The notes below the pieces were generated by a model. The model was not told the origin of the DNA and made no database searches. It saw only the letters and a list, made by a program, of their open reading frames with translations. A program made the position numbers and the translations under genes. From Candidatus Aminicenantes bacterium (GTDB lineage: Bacteria > Acidobacteriota > Aminicenantia > Aminicenantales > Aminicenantaceae), in assembly GCA_011773465.1 (NCBI GenBank), contig WVXO01000012.1, positions 71,561-135,560 on the forward strand: a stretch of 64,000 nt of DNA. The letters are read 5' to 3'. Positions 36,651 through 46,321 of the stretch are shown piece after piece (positions within the stretch are counted from its first letter, which is position 1; each line of letters opens with the position of its first letter).

Positions 36651-37430
36651 TCAGGCCTTTTGAAGGTTTGATCCTAGGGATATAATATCTAAGATAAGAG
36701 CTTTTACTCTTTTCTCCAGAGCTTCTCTGAATTTATCCACAGTTTCTGCAAACTCCCCCACTAAATAATCAGTGATGTACATTGGCTCCCCTATTTTGAC
36801 TTTAATCTTAGCTGGAACAAGAAAAGGTACCTGAGTTCCGAGCATGGCTATGGGGGTTACAGGAACAGAGATTCCTTCCTCTTTATACATATTATAGGAA
36901 AGGATGGAAGCACCTCTCCTGAAATAACCCACATAAGGATTAGGATTCTTTTTCATCACCCGGCCCAGGCCTTGAAGCGTGATGATTGCTTTTCCTTTTT
37001 TTAGGTATTCTTGACATTTCTCCATAGCCAGTCTTTTTCCATGGCTTAAATCCACAGGAATTGTCCCCACTTTAGCTACTTTTTTTGATATATAGTCGAC
37101 AACAAGGGACTTAAGGGGACTGAGGATTAAATCCAACAAGAGACCGAAGTTTTTCAGATGGATCTTGAGATGACGTCTTATAAGATAGTTAAACTCATCT
37201 TTATTGAATATCATCCTGTTGGCTGTAAAAAAAGTCGGCCGAGGAATGATTTTTAATAAAGTGGCGATATCTTTAAAGGTGCCGATATGATTTCCGACGA
37301 TAATATTGGGCCCTCCTTTGACAAAATTCTCTTCCCCCATTGTCTCAATTTTTTTGCCAAGAAGGGCAAAACTACTCGCTCCCTTGATAAGAGGCTCTAT
37401 CCTTTTTAATTCATCTTCGATGGTTGCCAT
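36651..37430 (-). CDS. Putative lysophospholipid acyltransferase (PlsC-like) family protein
   Basis: 259 aa. GNHIGTFKD resembles the HX4D acyltransferase box but with one extra residue. A second block is IPVDL...GK. Confidence 0.55.
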   Translation of the reverse strand: MATIEDELKRIEPLIKGASSFALLGKKIETMGEENFVKGGPNIIVGNHIGTFKDIATLLKIIPRPTFFTANRMIFNKDEFNYLIRRHLKIHLKNFGLLLDLILSPLKSLVVDYISKKVAKVGTIPVDLSHGKRLAMEKCQEYLKKGKAIITLQGLGRVMKKNPNPYVGYFRRGASILSYNMYKEEGISVPVTPIAMLGTQVPFLVPAKIKVKIGEPMYITDYLVGEFAETVDKFREALEKRVKALILDIISLGSNLQKA

Positions 37431-37517
37431 TTCATCTATTCTTGATACTTATTTTATACGAATTTAATGAAAAATTCAAAAAAGAGATTAAGCATTTCCA
37501 ATTCCGTTATTAGAAAA

Positions 37518-37870
37518 GGATTTGGGAAATAGCCTGGCTTCCTTCAGATTTTTAACGCCGTTCTCCATTCTCTCTTCTCGCCGGCTGCCTAACTCACTCC
37601 TCTCAAACATACTCGCCTCCCGACTCTCAGAAAAAAATGGGGCCTGGCCCCATTTTTCGTGGCTTGGCGAAGGCTGTATGGTGAAAAACCGTGAGAAAGG
37701 CTGAGCGGGCGTTGCGAGGAGCGAAGCAACGAAGCAATCTCTTCAATAGATTTAGGAGAGCGAAGCCTTGATCCGAGTTGCTTTTGACTCGCTGGGGCAA
37801 AAGCAACGTGTTTTTGAGCCATATAGCCTGAGCCTTTCTTCAATGGTCGCTGCGGCTATTTCCCAAAACC
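37518..37870 (-). mobile_element. MITE-like non-coding element, copy A (353 bp) with 17-bp terminal inverted repeats
   Basis: TIRs are ggatttgggaaatagcc (37518-37534) and ggctatttcccaaaacc (37854-37870). The core 37662-37838 is nearly identical, in reverse orientation, to 41117-41294. It carries a GGGGCCTGGCCCC palindrome at 37631-37657. Confidence 0.55.
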
Positions 37871-38000
37871 TGTGACTTAGCAGTCAGCAAGCAAGGATCT
37901 GTAAATGTTTGTATTTGTCTCGGCTTGAAAATGGAAAAAAATAATGATAATTTAGCCCTAAAAAAATTTCTCGAAAATCCTCTCTAAAAAGTTTATTAGG

Positions 38001-39182
38001 ATGGAGGAAATGATGATTATACTAATCAACCATGGGCAGGTTTTCGCACCTGAGCCTTTGGGTAAAAAAGATATTTTGATCATGGGGAGCAAAATTGTTG
38101 CCATAAAAGAGCCAGGGCAGATTAGGATTGAAGGATTGGATGTTCAAGTGGTCAACGCATCAGGAAAAATTGTTATGCCAGGATTTGTGGACAGCCATGT
38201 CCACATATTGGGTGGAGGCGGGGAAGGAGGGCCAGCTACAAGAGCACCCGAAATAGCTGTAGAAGATATCGTCTCCAGCGGAGTCACGACTGTCATCGGC
38301 TGCTTGGGAACTGATGGGACAACGCGCCATATGCAATCTCTTCTGGCCAAAGCAAGAGGCCTTGATGCGGAGGGAATCACAACTTATATCTATTCTGGAT
38401 CCTATCAAATTCCCGTCGTAACAATCACAGGAAATATTCGCTCTGATCTCATCCTCATCGATAAAGTCATCGGAGCAGGAGAAATTGCTATTTCTGATCA
38501 CCGCTCTTCCCAGCCCATTTTTGCCGAGATCGCCCGCCTTGCTGCTGAATGCCGAGTCGGGGGAATGCTCGGAGGAAAAGCAGGGGTTCTCCATCTCCAC
38601 ATGGGCGACGGACCTCGCAAATTAGAGATGCTTTTCAAGTTGATAAAGGAAACAGAAATTCCTCCCACTCAAGTCATACCAACGCACGTCAACCGCAACC
38701 ATGAACTACTGGACGAAGCAATCGAGTTTATCCTTCAAGGAGGTTATATCGATCTAACAGCGGGCATCGATCCTGAAGCAAAGGATAATGGTGAAATTAG
38801 TATAGGAGAAGCGATCAAACTGTGCCTAAAAAAGCAGGCTTCCCTCACCCATATCACAATAAGTTCAGACAGCAACGGAAGTATGCCTGTTTTCGACAAA
38901 AAGGGAAATCTTATCGGCCTGACTATAGCAACCGAGAAAAGCCTCTTAGAAAACTTCCGTTTTTTAGTACGCAAAAAAATCCTGAACGCCCAAGATACCC
39001 TGAAGCTCTTTTCTACCAACCCTGCTACATTCTACAAACTCAACCAAAAAGGAGAGATCAAAGTCGGAGGAGATGCCGATCTAATTTTATTCGATAAAGA
39101 CTTTAATCTAACAGATTCTTTTGCTATGGGACGGATGATGATTTCCGATGGAAAACTCCTCGCAAAAGGAACATTCTCTTAA
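38001..39182 (+). CDS. iadA: Isoaspartyl dipeptidase (beta-aspartyl peptidase)
   Basis: 393 aa amidohydrolase with the metal motif GFVDSHVHILGGGGEGGPATRAPE, characteristic of IadA. Confidence 0.88.
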   Translation: MEEMMIILINHGQVFAPEPLGKKDILIMGSKIVAIKEPGQIRIEGLDVQVVNASGKIVMPGFVDSHVHILGGGGEGGPATRAPEIAVEDIVSSGVTTVIGCLGTDGTTRHMQSLLAKARGLDAEGITTYIYSGSYQIPVVTITGNIRSDLILIDKVIGAGEIAISDHRSSQPIFAEIARLAAECRVGGMLGGKAGVLHLHMGDGPRKLEMLFKLIKETEIPPTQVIPTHVNRNHELLDEAIEFILQGGYIDLTAGIDPEAKDNGEISIGEAIKLCLKKQASLTHITISSDSNGSMPVFDKKGNLIGLTIATEKSLLENFRFLVRKKILNAQDTLKLFSTNPATFYKLNQKGEIKVGGDADLILFDKDFNLTDSFAMGRMMISDGKLLAKGTFS

Positions 39183-39244
39183 GCTTAAGCTTTCAAAGCG
39201 CAAAAACAAAGCGCAAATTTAGTTTCGAGTAAAAGGAAAGAAAA

Positions 39245-40672
39245 ATGGAAAACGAAACAAAAAATGAAAAACTTCAGCACAAAGAGCCAGGCTTTATCAT
39301 TGCCTTGATTCCACTGATTTTTATGCTCCTTCTTTTTGGGGTAGGTTATGGTGTATACAAAATCATGGCTCCGGCTCTCCTCGTCACCGCTGCCTTTCTT
39401 ACAGGGTGCATAGGGCTCTTTCTTCGGTTCAAGTGGAAAGTGATGCAAGAGGGAATCGTAGACAGCATTCACAAGGCTATGCCAGCTATCCTCATTATGC
39501 TCTGTGTCGGTATTCTCATCGGTTCATGGATTGCCTCTGGCACTATTCCTATGGTTATTTATTATGGATTGAAACTCATATCCCCTAAATATTTCTTGGT
39601 AACAGCCTGTTTTGTCTGCTCGATCACGTCTTTAGCAACCGGAACTTCATGGGGAACGATCGGCACCCTGGGGGTTGCTTTTATTGGAATTGCTATGGGC
39701 TTGGGAATTCCCTTGGGTCCAGCAGCTGGGGCGATTGTTGCCGGAGCTTACTTTGGCGATAAGATGTCTCCTTTTTCCGATGTTGCCAATCTAGCGCCTG
39801 TCACTGCAGGCTCGAACCTTTTTGACCATATCAAACACATGCTCTGGTCAGCGACTCCTGCGTGGCTCATAGGCCTGATGATTTACTTCATAGTCGGACT
39901 CAGATATGGAGGAGGAAACGTTGAGTCCAAAGAAATGACCATTATCACTCAAACAATAAAGGAAAACTTCAACTTTAATATCCTTCTCCTCCTTCCCATG
40001 GTAATCGTTTTTTACTTTGCCTTTACCAAAAAGCCGACCATCCCGGGTATGCTTCTTTCCTCTTTTGTAGCAGGAATATTGGCTATCATTTTCCAGAAAG
40101 CCTCGATCCCAGAAGTGGCAACAGCTATGAATACAGGCTACCAGGCCCATACCGGTGTGGAAGAGGTGGACAAGCTTATCTCTCAGGGTGGAATGATGAG
40201 CATGATGGAAGTTCAGCTTGTGGCCTTTACCGCCTTTAGCTTCGGGGGCATTATGCAGCGGACAGGGCTTCTCTCTGTCATTCTTGGTCGAGTGATGAGA
40301 TTCACCACCAAGGTTTGGAGCTTAGTGCTGACTACCATCTGTTCTTCAATTGTCACAGCCTTGGCCACAGGAAGCTCCTACCTCTCTATGATTCTTCCCG
40401 GAGACCTCCTTTCTCCTGTCTATAAGAAAAGAGGACTGGCCGCGAAAAATTTATCCCGGATTATCGAAGAAAGTGGCGCTATCATGGTTCCTCTTATTCC
40501 CTGGAGTATGGCTGGTGTTTTTATCACAGGAATTCTGGGGGTTCCGACCTTATCTTATCTTCCCTGGGCAATAATGAACTATGCATCTGTTGTGATTTTA
40601 GCCATTTATGGTTTTGCAAAATTCACCATGGCTCCTAAAATAAGAGATGACGAAACCCAGATCGGAAGCTGA
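39245..40672 (+). CDS. nhaC: Na+/H+ antiporter NhaC family
   Basis: 475 aa with about 11-12 hydrophobic helices. The NhaC-like organisation was recognised by overall sequence character only. Confidence 0.8.
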   Translation: MENETKNEKLQHKEPGFIIALIPLIFMLLLFGVGYGVYKIMAPALLVTAAFLTGCIGLFLRFKWKVMQEGIVDSIHKAMPAILIMLCVGILIGSWIASGTIPMVIYYGLKLISPKYFLVTACFVCSITSLATGTSWGTIGTLGVAFIGIAMGLGIPLGPAAGAIVAGAYFGDKMSPFSDVANLAPVTAGSNLFDHIKHMLWSATPAWLIGLMIYFIVGLRYGGGNVESKEMTIITQTIKENFNFNILLLLPMVIVFYFAFTKKPTIPGMLLSSFVAGILAIIFQKASIPEVATAMNTGYQAHTGVEEVDKLISQGGMMSMMEVQLVAFTAFSFGGIMQRTGLLSVILGRVMRFTTKVWSLVLTTICSSIVTALATGSSYLSMILPGDLLSPVYKKRGLAAKNLSRIIEESGAIMVPLIPWSMAGVFITGILGVPTLSYLPWAIMNYASVVILAIYGFAKFTMAPKIRDDETQIGS

Positions 40673-40713
40673 TAGAAACTAGAAAAAACCTGGCGTCAGA
40701 ACTTTACGAGGCG

Positions 40714-40992
40714 CTAATCTTCCTTTTCAAATTCAATGAGGGCTTTTTTAAAGCCCTCCTCAGCTTTCTTTTTTCTTTTCTTTCTTAATTCTGCGGTTGC
40801 TTCAAATTTTCGTTCAAATTCACCTCTTCTCTTCTTTTCCTTTTCCAATAACTCATCCAACGATTCCTTCTTCTTCCCTCCCCTTTTTTCAAACTGAATC
40901 ACTTCTTGGGTGACAGGATCTGTCCAGAGTATGGATTGGCAACAGGGACAGATAATTTGAAACACCTGTTTTTTTCCCTTTTCGTTTTTCAT
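40714..40992 (-). CDS. Small zinc-ribbon protein with a K/E-rich tail
   Basis: 92 aa with CPCC...(no second pair seen within the ribbon beyond CPCCQS), then a highly charged C-terminal helix. Hypothetical. Confidence 0.45.
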   Translation of the reverse strand: MKNEKGKKQVFQIICPCCQSILWTDPVTQEVIQFEKRGGKKKESLDELLEKEKKRRGEFERKFEATAELRKKRKKKAEEGFKKALIEFEKED

Positions 40993-41082
40993 TTGATACG
41001 AACTTTACCAAAAAAACAAAACCGAGTCTAGCAGAGCAAGCATCAAATTTCCTGGAGTGAGGAAGAAGTCATTCATTGTGCA

Positions 41083-41491
41083 GGAGTATTTGGGAATGGA
41101 TGAAGCGACCTTAAAAGAAAGGCTCAGGCAATATGGTTCAAAAACACGTTGCTTTTGCCCATGCGAGTCAAAAGCAACTCGGATCAAGGCTTCGCTCTCC
41201 TAAATCTATTGAAGAGATTGCTTCGTTGCTTCGCTCCTCGCAACGCCCGCTCAGCCTTTCTCACGGTTTTTTCACCATGCAGCCTTCGCCAAGCGAGGAA
41301 ATCCGACAGAGTCGGGCGGCGTGTATGTCTGAGCGGAGCGAGTTACGCAGCCGCAGAGAAGAGCGGAATTTGAATGGCATTGGGGTCAGACTTTGTCATT
41401 ATTTTGGGGAACGAGCTAGTTTTTATCATTTAGACATCATCTGCAGGAAAAGTCTGACCCCGATGGGAGCGAGGCCATTCTCAAATACTCC
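41083..41491 (+). mobile_element. MITE-like non-coding element, copy B (409 bp) with 17-bp terminal inverted repeats
   Basis: TIRs are ggagtatttgggaatgg (41083-41099) and ccattctcaaatactcc (41475-41491), with 1 mismatch. The core is 41117-41294. It carries a GGGGTCAGACTTT/AAAGTCTGACCCC hairpin module at 41382-41461. Confidence 0.55.
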
Positions 41492-41501
41492 CAGTGAATA
41501 A

Positions 41502-42941
41502 TCACGAATTTGGAGATGCTGTTTCTTTCTTTTCCGTTGCACTTTTTTTCGGAACATTTATATTATGTTTTTTTATCAATTTAAAAAGTCCCTGCCTGCT
41601 TAGGCCAATCTCTTCTGCAGTCCTAGCTCTGTTGGAATTCCATCGGGCTAAAGCCTGGTTTAAAAATCTTTTCTCGAATTCGGCTCTTGCCTGGAAGAAA
41701 TCATAGGAGGATGCTGTAAAGCATTCTCTATTAGGATTTATTTTTTGTGAAAGATATTCTTCTTTAATAAAATTATCTTCTCCAGCAAAAACTAAACATC
41801 TTTGAATTTCATTCTGAAGTTCTCTAACATTTCCCGGCCAAAAGTAGTTCATCAATAACTCCAAAGCTCTGGGCGAAAAATATGCCCTTTCGCGCTTCAT
41901 TTCAGCACAGTATTTCTCAAGAAAATGATTCAAGAAAAAAAGAAGATCTTCTCTTCTTTCTCTCAAAGGAGGAAGCTCAACGGCAATGATCTTAAGGCGA
42001 TAATACAAGTCTTCACGAAAATTGCCTCGTTCAATTTCTTTTTCAATATTCTTGTTGGTCGCACTTATAAACCTTACATTAATCAATCGTGGCTTATTTT
42101 CACCAATTCTTCTTATTTCTTTTTCCTGAAGGACACGAAGAAGCTTAGCCTGCAGATGAGGAGAAAGATCCCCTATTTCATCTAAGAAAAATGTCCCCCC
42201 ATCTGCTTCTTCAATCAATCCAGGTTTATCTTTCACGGCCCCGCTGAAGGCTCCTTTCACGTGTCCGAATAATTCGCTCTCCAGAAGAAACTCAGGTATA
42301 GCTCCACAATTCACAGCGACAAATCGCCCATTTCTTCTTGTCCCATTCTGATGAATGGCCTTTGCTACCAGCTCCTTTCCAGTACCACTCTCTCCCGATA
42401 TAAATACAGGGGCATCGCTATCTTTTACTCTGTCTATCAAATTGAGAATATATCGAAAAGTTTTGTTCTTTCCCCCCAGGAAAGGCTTTGCCAGTTCAAT
42501 GTTCTTTTCTCCAATTTCTTGGAACTCAACTCGATTCTTCAAAATCAAGTTGATTGGCTTTGAGATTGCAATCACAAATTCTAAATCCTCCCCTGTATAA
42601 GGCCCAAATCCATACTTCCGCTCGAGATATATTGCACCTGCAGGCCTATTCTCTATGAAAAGAGGAAGACAGAGTACATTCTTAAGGTTATTCGCGCTAT
42701 CTAATAAGACAGAATCTTCATTGAAATCGTTCATGATGATGGGTTGTTTTTCTTCAAGTGCTTTCTTTATTATCTCTGTATTGATTTTGTGGTTATCAGA
42801 TTGGACGATCTCTTGTGACTCTTTAAAAACAACTTTATTCATTTTATCCATCAATAGAACCATGATGCGTGCAGAAGGTATCTCTTCCATCATTAAATTC
42901 AGCAGCTTGGGAAGGAGTGAATAAGCTAAAGATAATTTCAT
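41502..42941 (-). CDS. Sigma-54-dependent transcriptional activator (GAF, AAA+, HTH)
   Basis: 479 aa with Walker A GESGTGKE, GAFSGA, ESELFGH and a C-terminal HTH (TAEEIGLSRQGL). The N-terminus is GAF-like rather than a receiver domain. Confidence 0.9.
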   Translation of the reverse strand: MKLSLAYSLLPKLLNLMMEEIPSARIMVLLMDKMNKVVFKESQEIVQSDNHKINTEIIKKALEEKQPIIMNDFNEDSVLLDSANNLKNVLCLPLFIENRPAGAIYLERKYGFGPYTGEDLEFVIAISKPINLILKNRVEFQEIGEKNIELAKPFLGGKNKTFRYILNLIDRVKDSDAPVFISGESGTGKELVAKAIHQNGTRRNGRFVAVNCGAIPEFLLESELFGHVKGAFSGAVKDKPGLIEEADGGTFFLDEIGDLSPHLQAKLLRVLQEKEIRRIGENKPRLINVRFISATNKNIEKEIERGNFREDLYYRLKIIAVELPPLRERREDLLFFLNHFLEKYCAEMKRERAYFSPRALELLMNYFWPGNVRELQNEIQRCLVFAGEDNFIKEEYLSQKINPNRECFTASSYDFFQARAEFEKRFLNQALARWNSNRARTAEEIGLSRQGLFKLIKKHNINVPKKSATEKKETASPNS

Positions 42942-43203
42942 GTATTTTTTAGGATTAAGCTTATTTCTTAATTATTTGTCATAAATAAATTTTCTCCACG
43001 CGGTCTACCCTTGAAACCTGTTTGCCGGTTCTTTTTTCAGTAAGGATAACGATTTCTTCAGCAAATTTTTCTCATGGTTTATTTTATTGATAAGCAGCTC
43101 TTTATATCCGCAGTAGTGAGTTCTCCCCTGGTAATAAATTACGCTTAGAAAAATAAAGGAAATGAATTATGGTTCATGAAGGGAAGCAGATAGTTTGTTT
43201 GTG

Positions 43204-45702
43204 TTATTTTTGAAGTTTTTTTTCTATGACTTTTATCTTTTCATCAACATCCTTGTATTCAGGATTCCAGTTTTTGATTTCACTATAGATAACGAACGCT
43301 TTTTCTGTCTCTTTCAATTCTTCATAAATTGAACCCAACTCATATTTTAAAGCATAAAACCAATCAGTTCCCTCTTCAGTAATTTTCAAAGCCTTCTCTA
43401 ACCATTTCACAGCTTCTTTAGAATCCTTTTTCTGCCTGTAGCAATTGCTTATTATGGTATAGCATTCCACGGTTCTGCTCTTGTCCTTGGAGGCCAGTTT
43501 AAATTCCTCTATGGCTTCATCTAACAAACCCTGTTCCAGAAAAGCGATCCCTAAATTAAACCTGAAATAGGCCTTTTTCCCGAATAACTTGGTCTCTTCC
43601 GCAGAGACCTTCTCAACCCGCTGCAGAATTTCATCCACTTTAGCCTGAGGAGAAGCTTTACTAATAGTATCAAGTTTCTGGCTTATCCTGGGATCATCAG
43701 GATAGCTTATCCTTAAATTCTCCAGGATTCTTCTCGCATTTCTCAACAAACCTTGTTCTACGTATAAATCGGCCTGAGCTAAACTCATTTCTAACTTCTG
43801 TTCTGTTCCTTCTAGAAGATCTAACCTTACATCCGCTTCTTTCTTCTCTTTGAGAGATAACTCCGCCTCTTTCTCTCTCTCGAGAATTCGCTCCGCAATT
43901 TTTTGCCCCATGGAAAGTTCTCCCACTTCTTTCTTCTCTACTGCGGGTGGTTCTGCTTCCTTGGTTGCTTCTAGCGGCACTTCCGGCTCCTTCTCTTCAC
44001 TCACAGGAATCTTCGTCTCCTCAGCTTCTTTTTCCACCTGGGGAGGTCCTTCTGCTTCTCTCCGTTTTTCTAATTGTAATTCTTGCTCCTTTTCTTCCCC
44101 AGTAGCTGCCTCAGCCTCTTTTGGCCCCGGAAGAGGCTGTTCCGCTTCTCCCTCTTTGTCCAATGGAACCTCTGCCTCTTTCGGTTCTTCTGGAGGAAGT
44201 TCAGGCTCTATCTCTTCAGCCATAGGCGGTTCAACCTCTGCCGTTTTCTCAAAACTTACCTCAGCCTCTTTCGGCTCTGCAACAGTCTCTTCCACTTCTC
44301 TCTTCGCTTCATCTAAAGGCACTTCCAGCTCGCTCTCATCACCCACAGCTGACTCTATTTCCGGAGTTTTTTCCATTTGTGCCTCAGCTTCTTTCGGCTC
44401 CACAAGAGGCTCTTCCTCCTCTCTCTGCTCGGGTAAAGGTGCCTCCACCTCTTTGGCTTTTTCCAAAGGTACGTCTGCTACTTTCTCTATTTCTGGAGAT
44501 CCAAATTTTTTTAGCAGACGATTGTATTCGTCGCTAATCTCATCATCTTTAGGGCAAAGCCTAGCAAGCTCACTTAATATTGGTAATGATTCCTTTTTCA
44601 AATCTTTTTTATGGTATTCTTCTAGAATAACCCTGTAAACAATCTCTAGATTCTTTGTTTGATTATTTGATTTATAAATAGAAGCCAATCCCTCAAGCGT
44701 GGGAACGTGGGCTTTCTTGGATGAGATAATAAGTCCGAGAAGGCCGATAGCTTTTTCGACGTTTTGTTGTTGAATAAAATTATCAACCATGGGTTCGTAA
44801 AGCTCAAAAGCCTGATCAAGGTTATTCCGGAGAATATTGATCTGCCCTAATTTGACTGTTGCCCGAACGTCCTTGGGTTGAAGGGAGATAATCTTTGAAA
44901 ATATCTCCTCGGCCTTTTCAAGATTTTGGTCATCAAAATAAAGGTTGCCCAATTGCCTGAGGGCCTTAACATTGTCCTTATCTTTTTCCAGAATATCATC
45001 GATAAGAGATATGGCTTCTTTCTTTTCATCCACTCTTTTGAGAAGATCAACCAAATTTGACAATGTCCTTGGATGATCTGCTTTAAGCTTTCTTGCTCGA
45101 TAAAGTAGTTCCCGCGCTTGCTTCAGGTCGTTACCACTAATTTTTATTTTAGCCGCTTCGTTCAGCTCATCAACCGCCTGGTCAGGTGATCCCTCCCTTG
45201 CGTATAGATCAGCTAGGGCTAGCCTTGCTTCTGGATCTTTCTTATCTAATTTCTTAAGTTTTTCGTACAAAAAGATAGCTTTTTTTGTTTGATTATCCCT
45301 CATTAAATCCTTTCCAGCTTTCACATACTCTGCTTTTGCTTCAGATGGAAATCCTTGTCTGACATAAAGATCACCCAATTTCATCGCTGTTTCTGTGTCT
45401 TTTGGATTTAATTTATTTATCTTCTTATAAACCGCCATTGCTTGGGAGTATAAGCCCCTTTCTTCATAATGGCCGGCAACCCGGGCAAGCTCATCTAGCG
45501 CCTTCCTCTTCTGATTCATTTTCAAATACAGGTTGCTGATGATATTCCGGACATTCACCTCTTGAGTGTCCCCTCTCAACAATTTCTTGTATTCAGATAT
45601 TGCTTCTGTCAGCTTTCCCTTCTTGACGTATTTCTCAGCAAGCTCTCTAGTTTTACCTCTAGTACTATCTATGGTTTTTCCTCTATCTCTAGTAGGACTC
45701 AT
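43204..45702 (-). CDS. TPR-repeat protein with a central acidic E/P/K-rich repeat region
   Basis: 832 aa with TPR-like repeats in both terminal thirds. The middle section carries repeated PKEAE units. Its start lies 1 nt after the rnhB stop. Confidence 0.8.
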   Translation of the reverse strand: MSPTRDRGKTIDSTRGKTRELAEKYVKKGKLTEAISEYKKLLRGDTQEVNVRNIISNLYLKMNQKRKALDELARVAGHYEERGLYSQAMAVYKKINKLNPKDTETAMKLGDLYVRQGFPSEAKAEYVKAGKDLMRDNQTKKAIFLYEKLKKLDKKDPEARLALADLYAREGSPDQAVDELNEAAKIKISGNDLKQARELLYRARKLKADHPRTLSNLVDLLKRVDEKKEAISLIDDILEKDKDNVKALRQLGNLYFDDQNLEKAEEIFSKIISLQPKDVRATVKLGQINILRNNLDQAFELYEPMVDNFIQQQNVEKAIGLLGLIISSKKAHVPTLEGLASIYKSNNQTKNLEIVYRVILEEYHKKDLKKESLPILSELARLCPKDDEISDEYNRLLKKFGSPEIEKVADVPLEKAKEVEAPLPEQREEEEPLVEPKEAEAQMEKTPEIESAVGDESELEVPLDEAKREVEETVAEPKEAEVSFEKTAEVEPPMAEEIEPELPPEEPKEAEVPLDKEGEAEQPLPGPKEAEAATGEEKEQELQLEKRREAEGPPQVEKEAEETKIPVSEEKEPEVPLEATKEAEPPAVEKKEVGELSMGQKIAERILEREKEAELSLKEKKEADVRLDLLEGTEQKLEMSLAQADLYVEQGLLRNARRILENLRISYPDDPRISQKLDTISKASPQAKVDEILQRVEKVSAEETKLFGKKAYFRFNLGIAFLEQGLLDEAIEEFKLASKDKSRTVECYTIISNCYRQKKDSKEAVKWLEKALKITEEGTDWFYALKYELGSIYEELKETEKAFVIYSEIKNWNPEYKDVDEKIKVIEKKLQK

Positions 45703-45703
45703 C

Positions 45704-46321
45704 TCACTTATACCTCAAATTAAAAGTAAGCCTATGAAATAATGTAGGCCCCCTCTCTTTTAATGCTCTGTAGTGTTCCCTTGTCCCATAACCTTTATTT
45801 TTAGAGAGGGCGTATCCTTCATAAACTTTATCTAGATGGATCATCATTTCATCTCTAAGAACCTTAGCCACTATGGAAGCTGCTGCAATTGAAATGCTTT
45901 TTCTATCACCTTGGACGATACTCCACTGAGGATAATTTACATCATTTAGCCTAAATCCGTCAACTAGAATAAAATCTGGAGCAATAGGCAAGTTCTCAAC
46001 TGCCCTTCTCATTGCACTTAGCGAAGCCCAGTATATATTTTTTTGATCAACCTCGTAATTTGAGGCCGAGCCTATTCCTACTGAGACTGCATTAGCTAAG
46101 ATTGCTCCCGCCAGTCTCTTTCTTTTTGGGGGAGATATTACTTTAGAATCATCGATTTCTTCTGCCCATCTTATCAAACCAGACCCTATCAGCACGGGAG
46201 GAAGAATGACGGCGGCAGCTACGACAGGACCAAAAATAGCACCTCTTCCGGCCTCGTCGACTCCTGCTATAGCCTTGAATCCTTTCTTTATAATTTTCTT
46301 CTCAATCTGAAAATCTGCCAT
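45704..46321 (-). CDS. rnhB: Ribonuclease HII
   Basis: 205 aa with the motif GVDEAGRGAIFGPVV. Confidence 0.92.
   Translation of the reverse strand: MADFQIEKKIIKKGFKAIAGVDEAGRGAIFGPVVAAAVILPPVLIGSGLIRWAEEIDDSKVISPPKRKRLAGAILANAVSVGIGSASNYEVDQKNIYWASLSAMRRAVENLPIAPDFILVDGFRLNDVNYPQWSIVQGDRKSISIAAASIVAKVLRDEMMIHLDKVYEGYALSKNKGYGTREHYRALKERGPTLFHRLTFNLRYK

Noticed and set aside
37589-37843. 84-aa ORF, with similar ORFs at 41133-41501, 50190-50420 and 60937-61158 that share peptide strings
   Set aside because: The similarity comes from repeated non-coding DNA (the MITE-like family). The frames diverge where the nucleotide modules diverge, the copies differ in length and ends, and there are no ribosome-binding sites. 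I treat them as non-coding.
43850-44638. 262-aa plus-strand ORF (Ser/Gly/Phe-rich)
   Set aside because: It is exactly antisense to the GAA/GAG-rich acidic repeat region of the TPR gene. Its low-complexity composition is the expected mirror artefact. It has no start context or motif.
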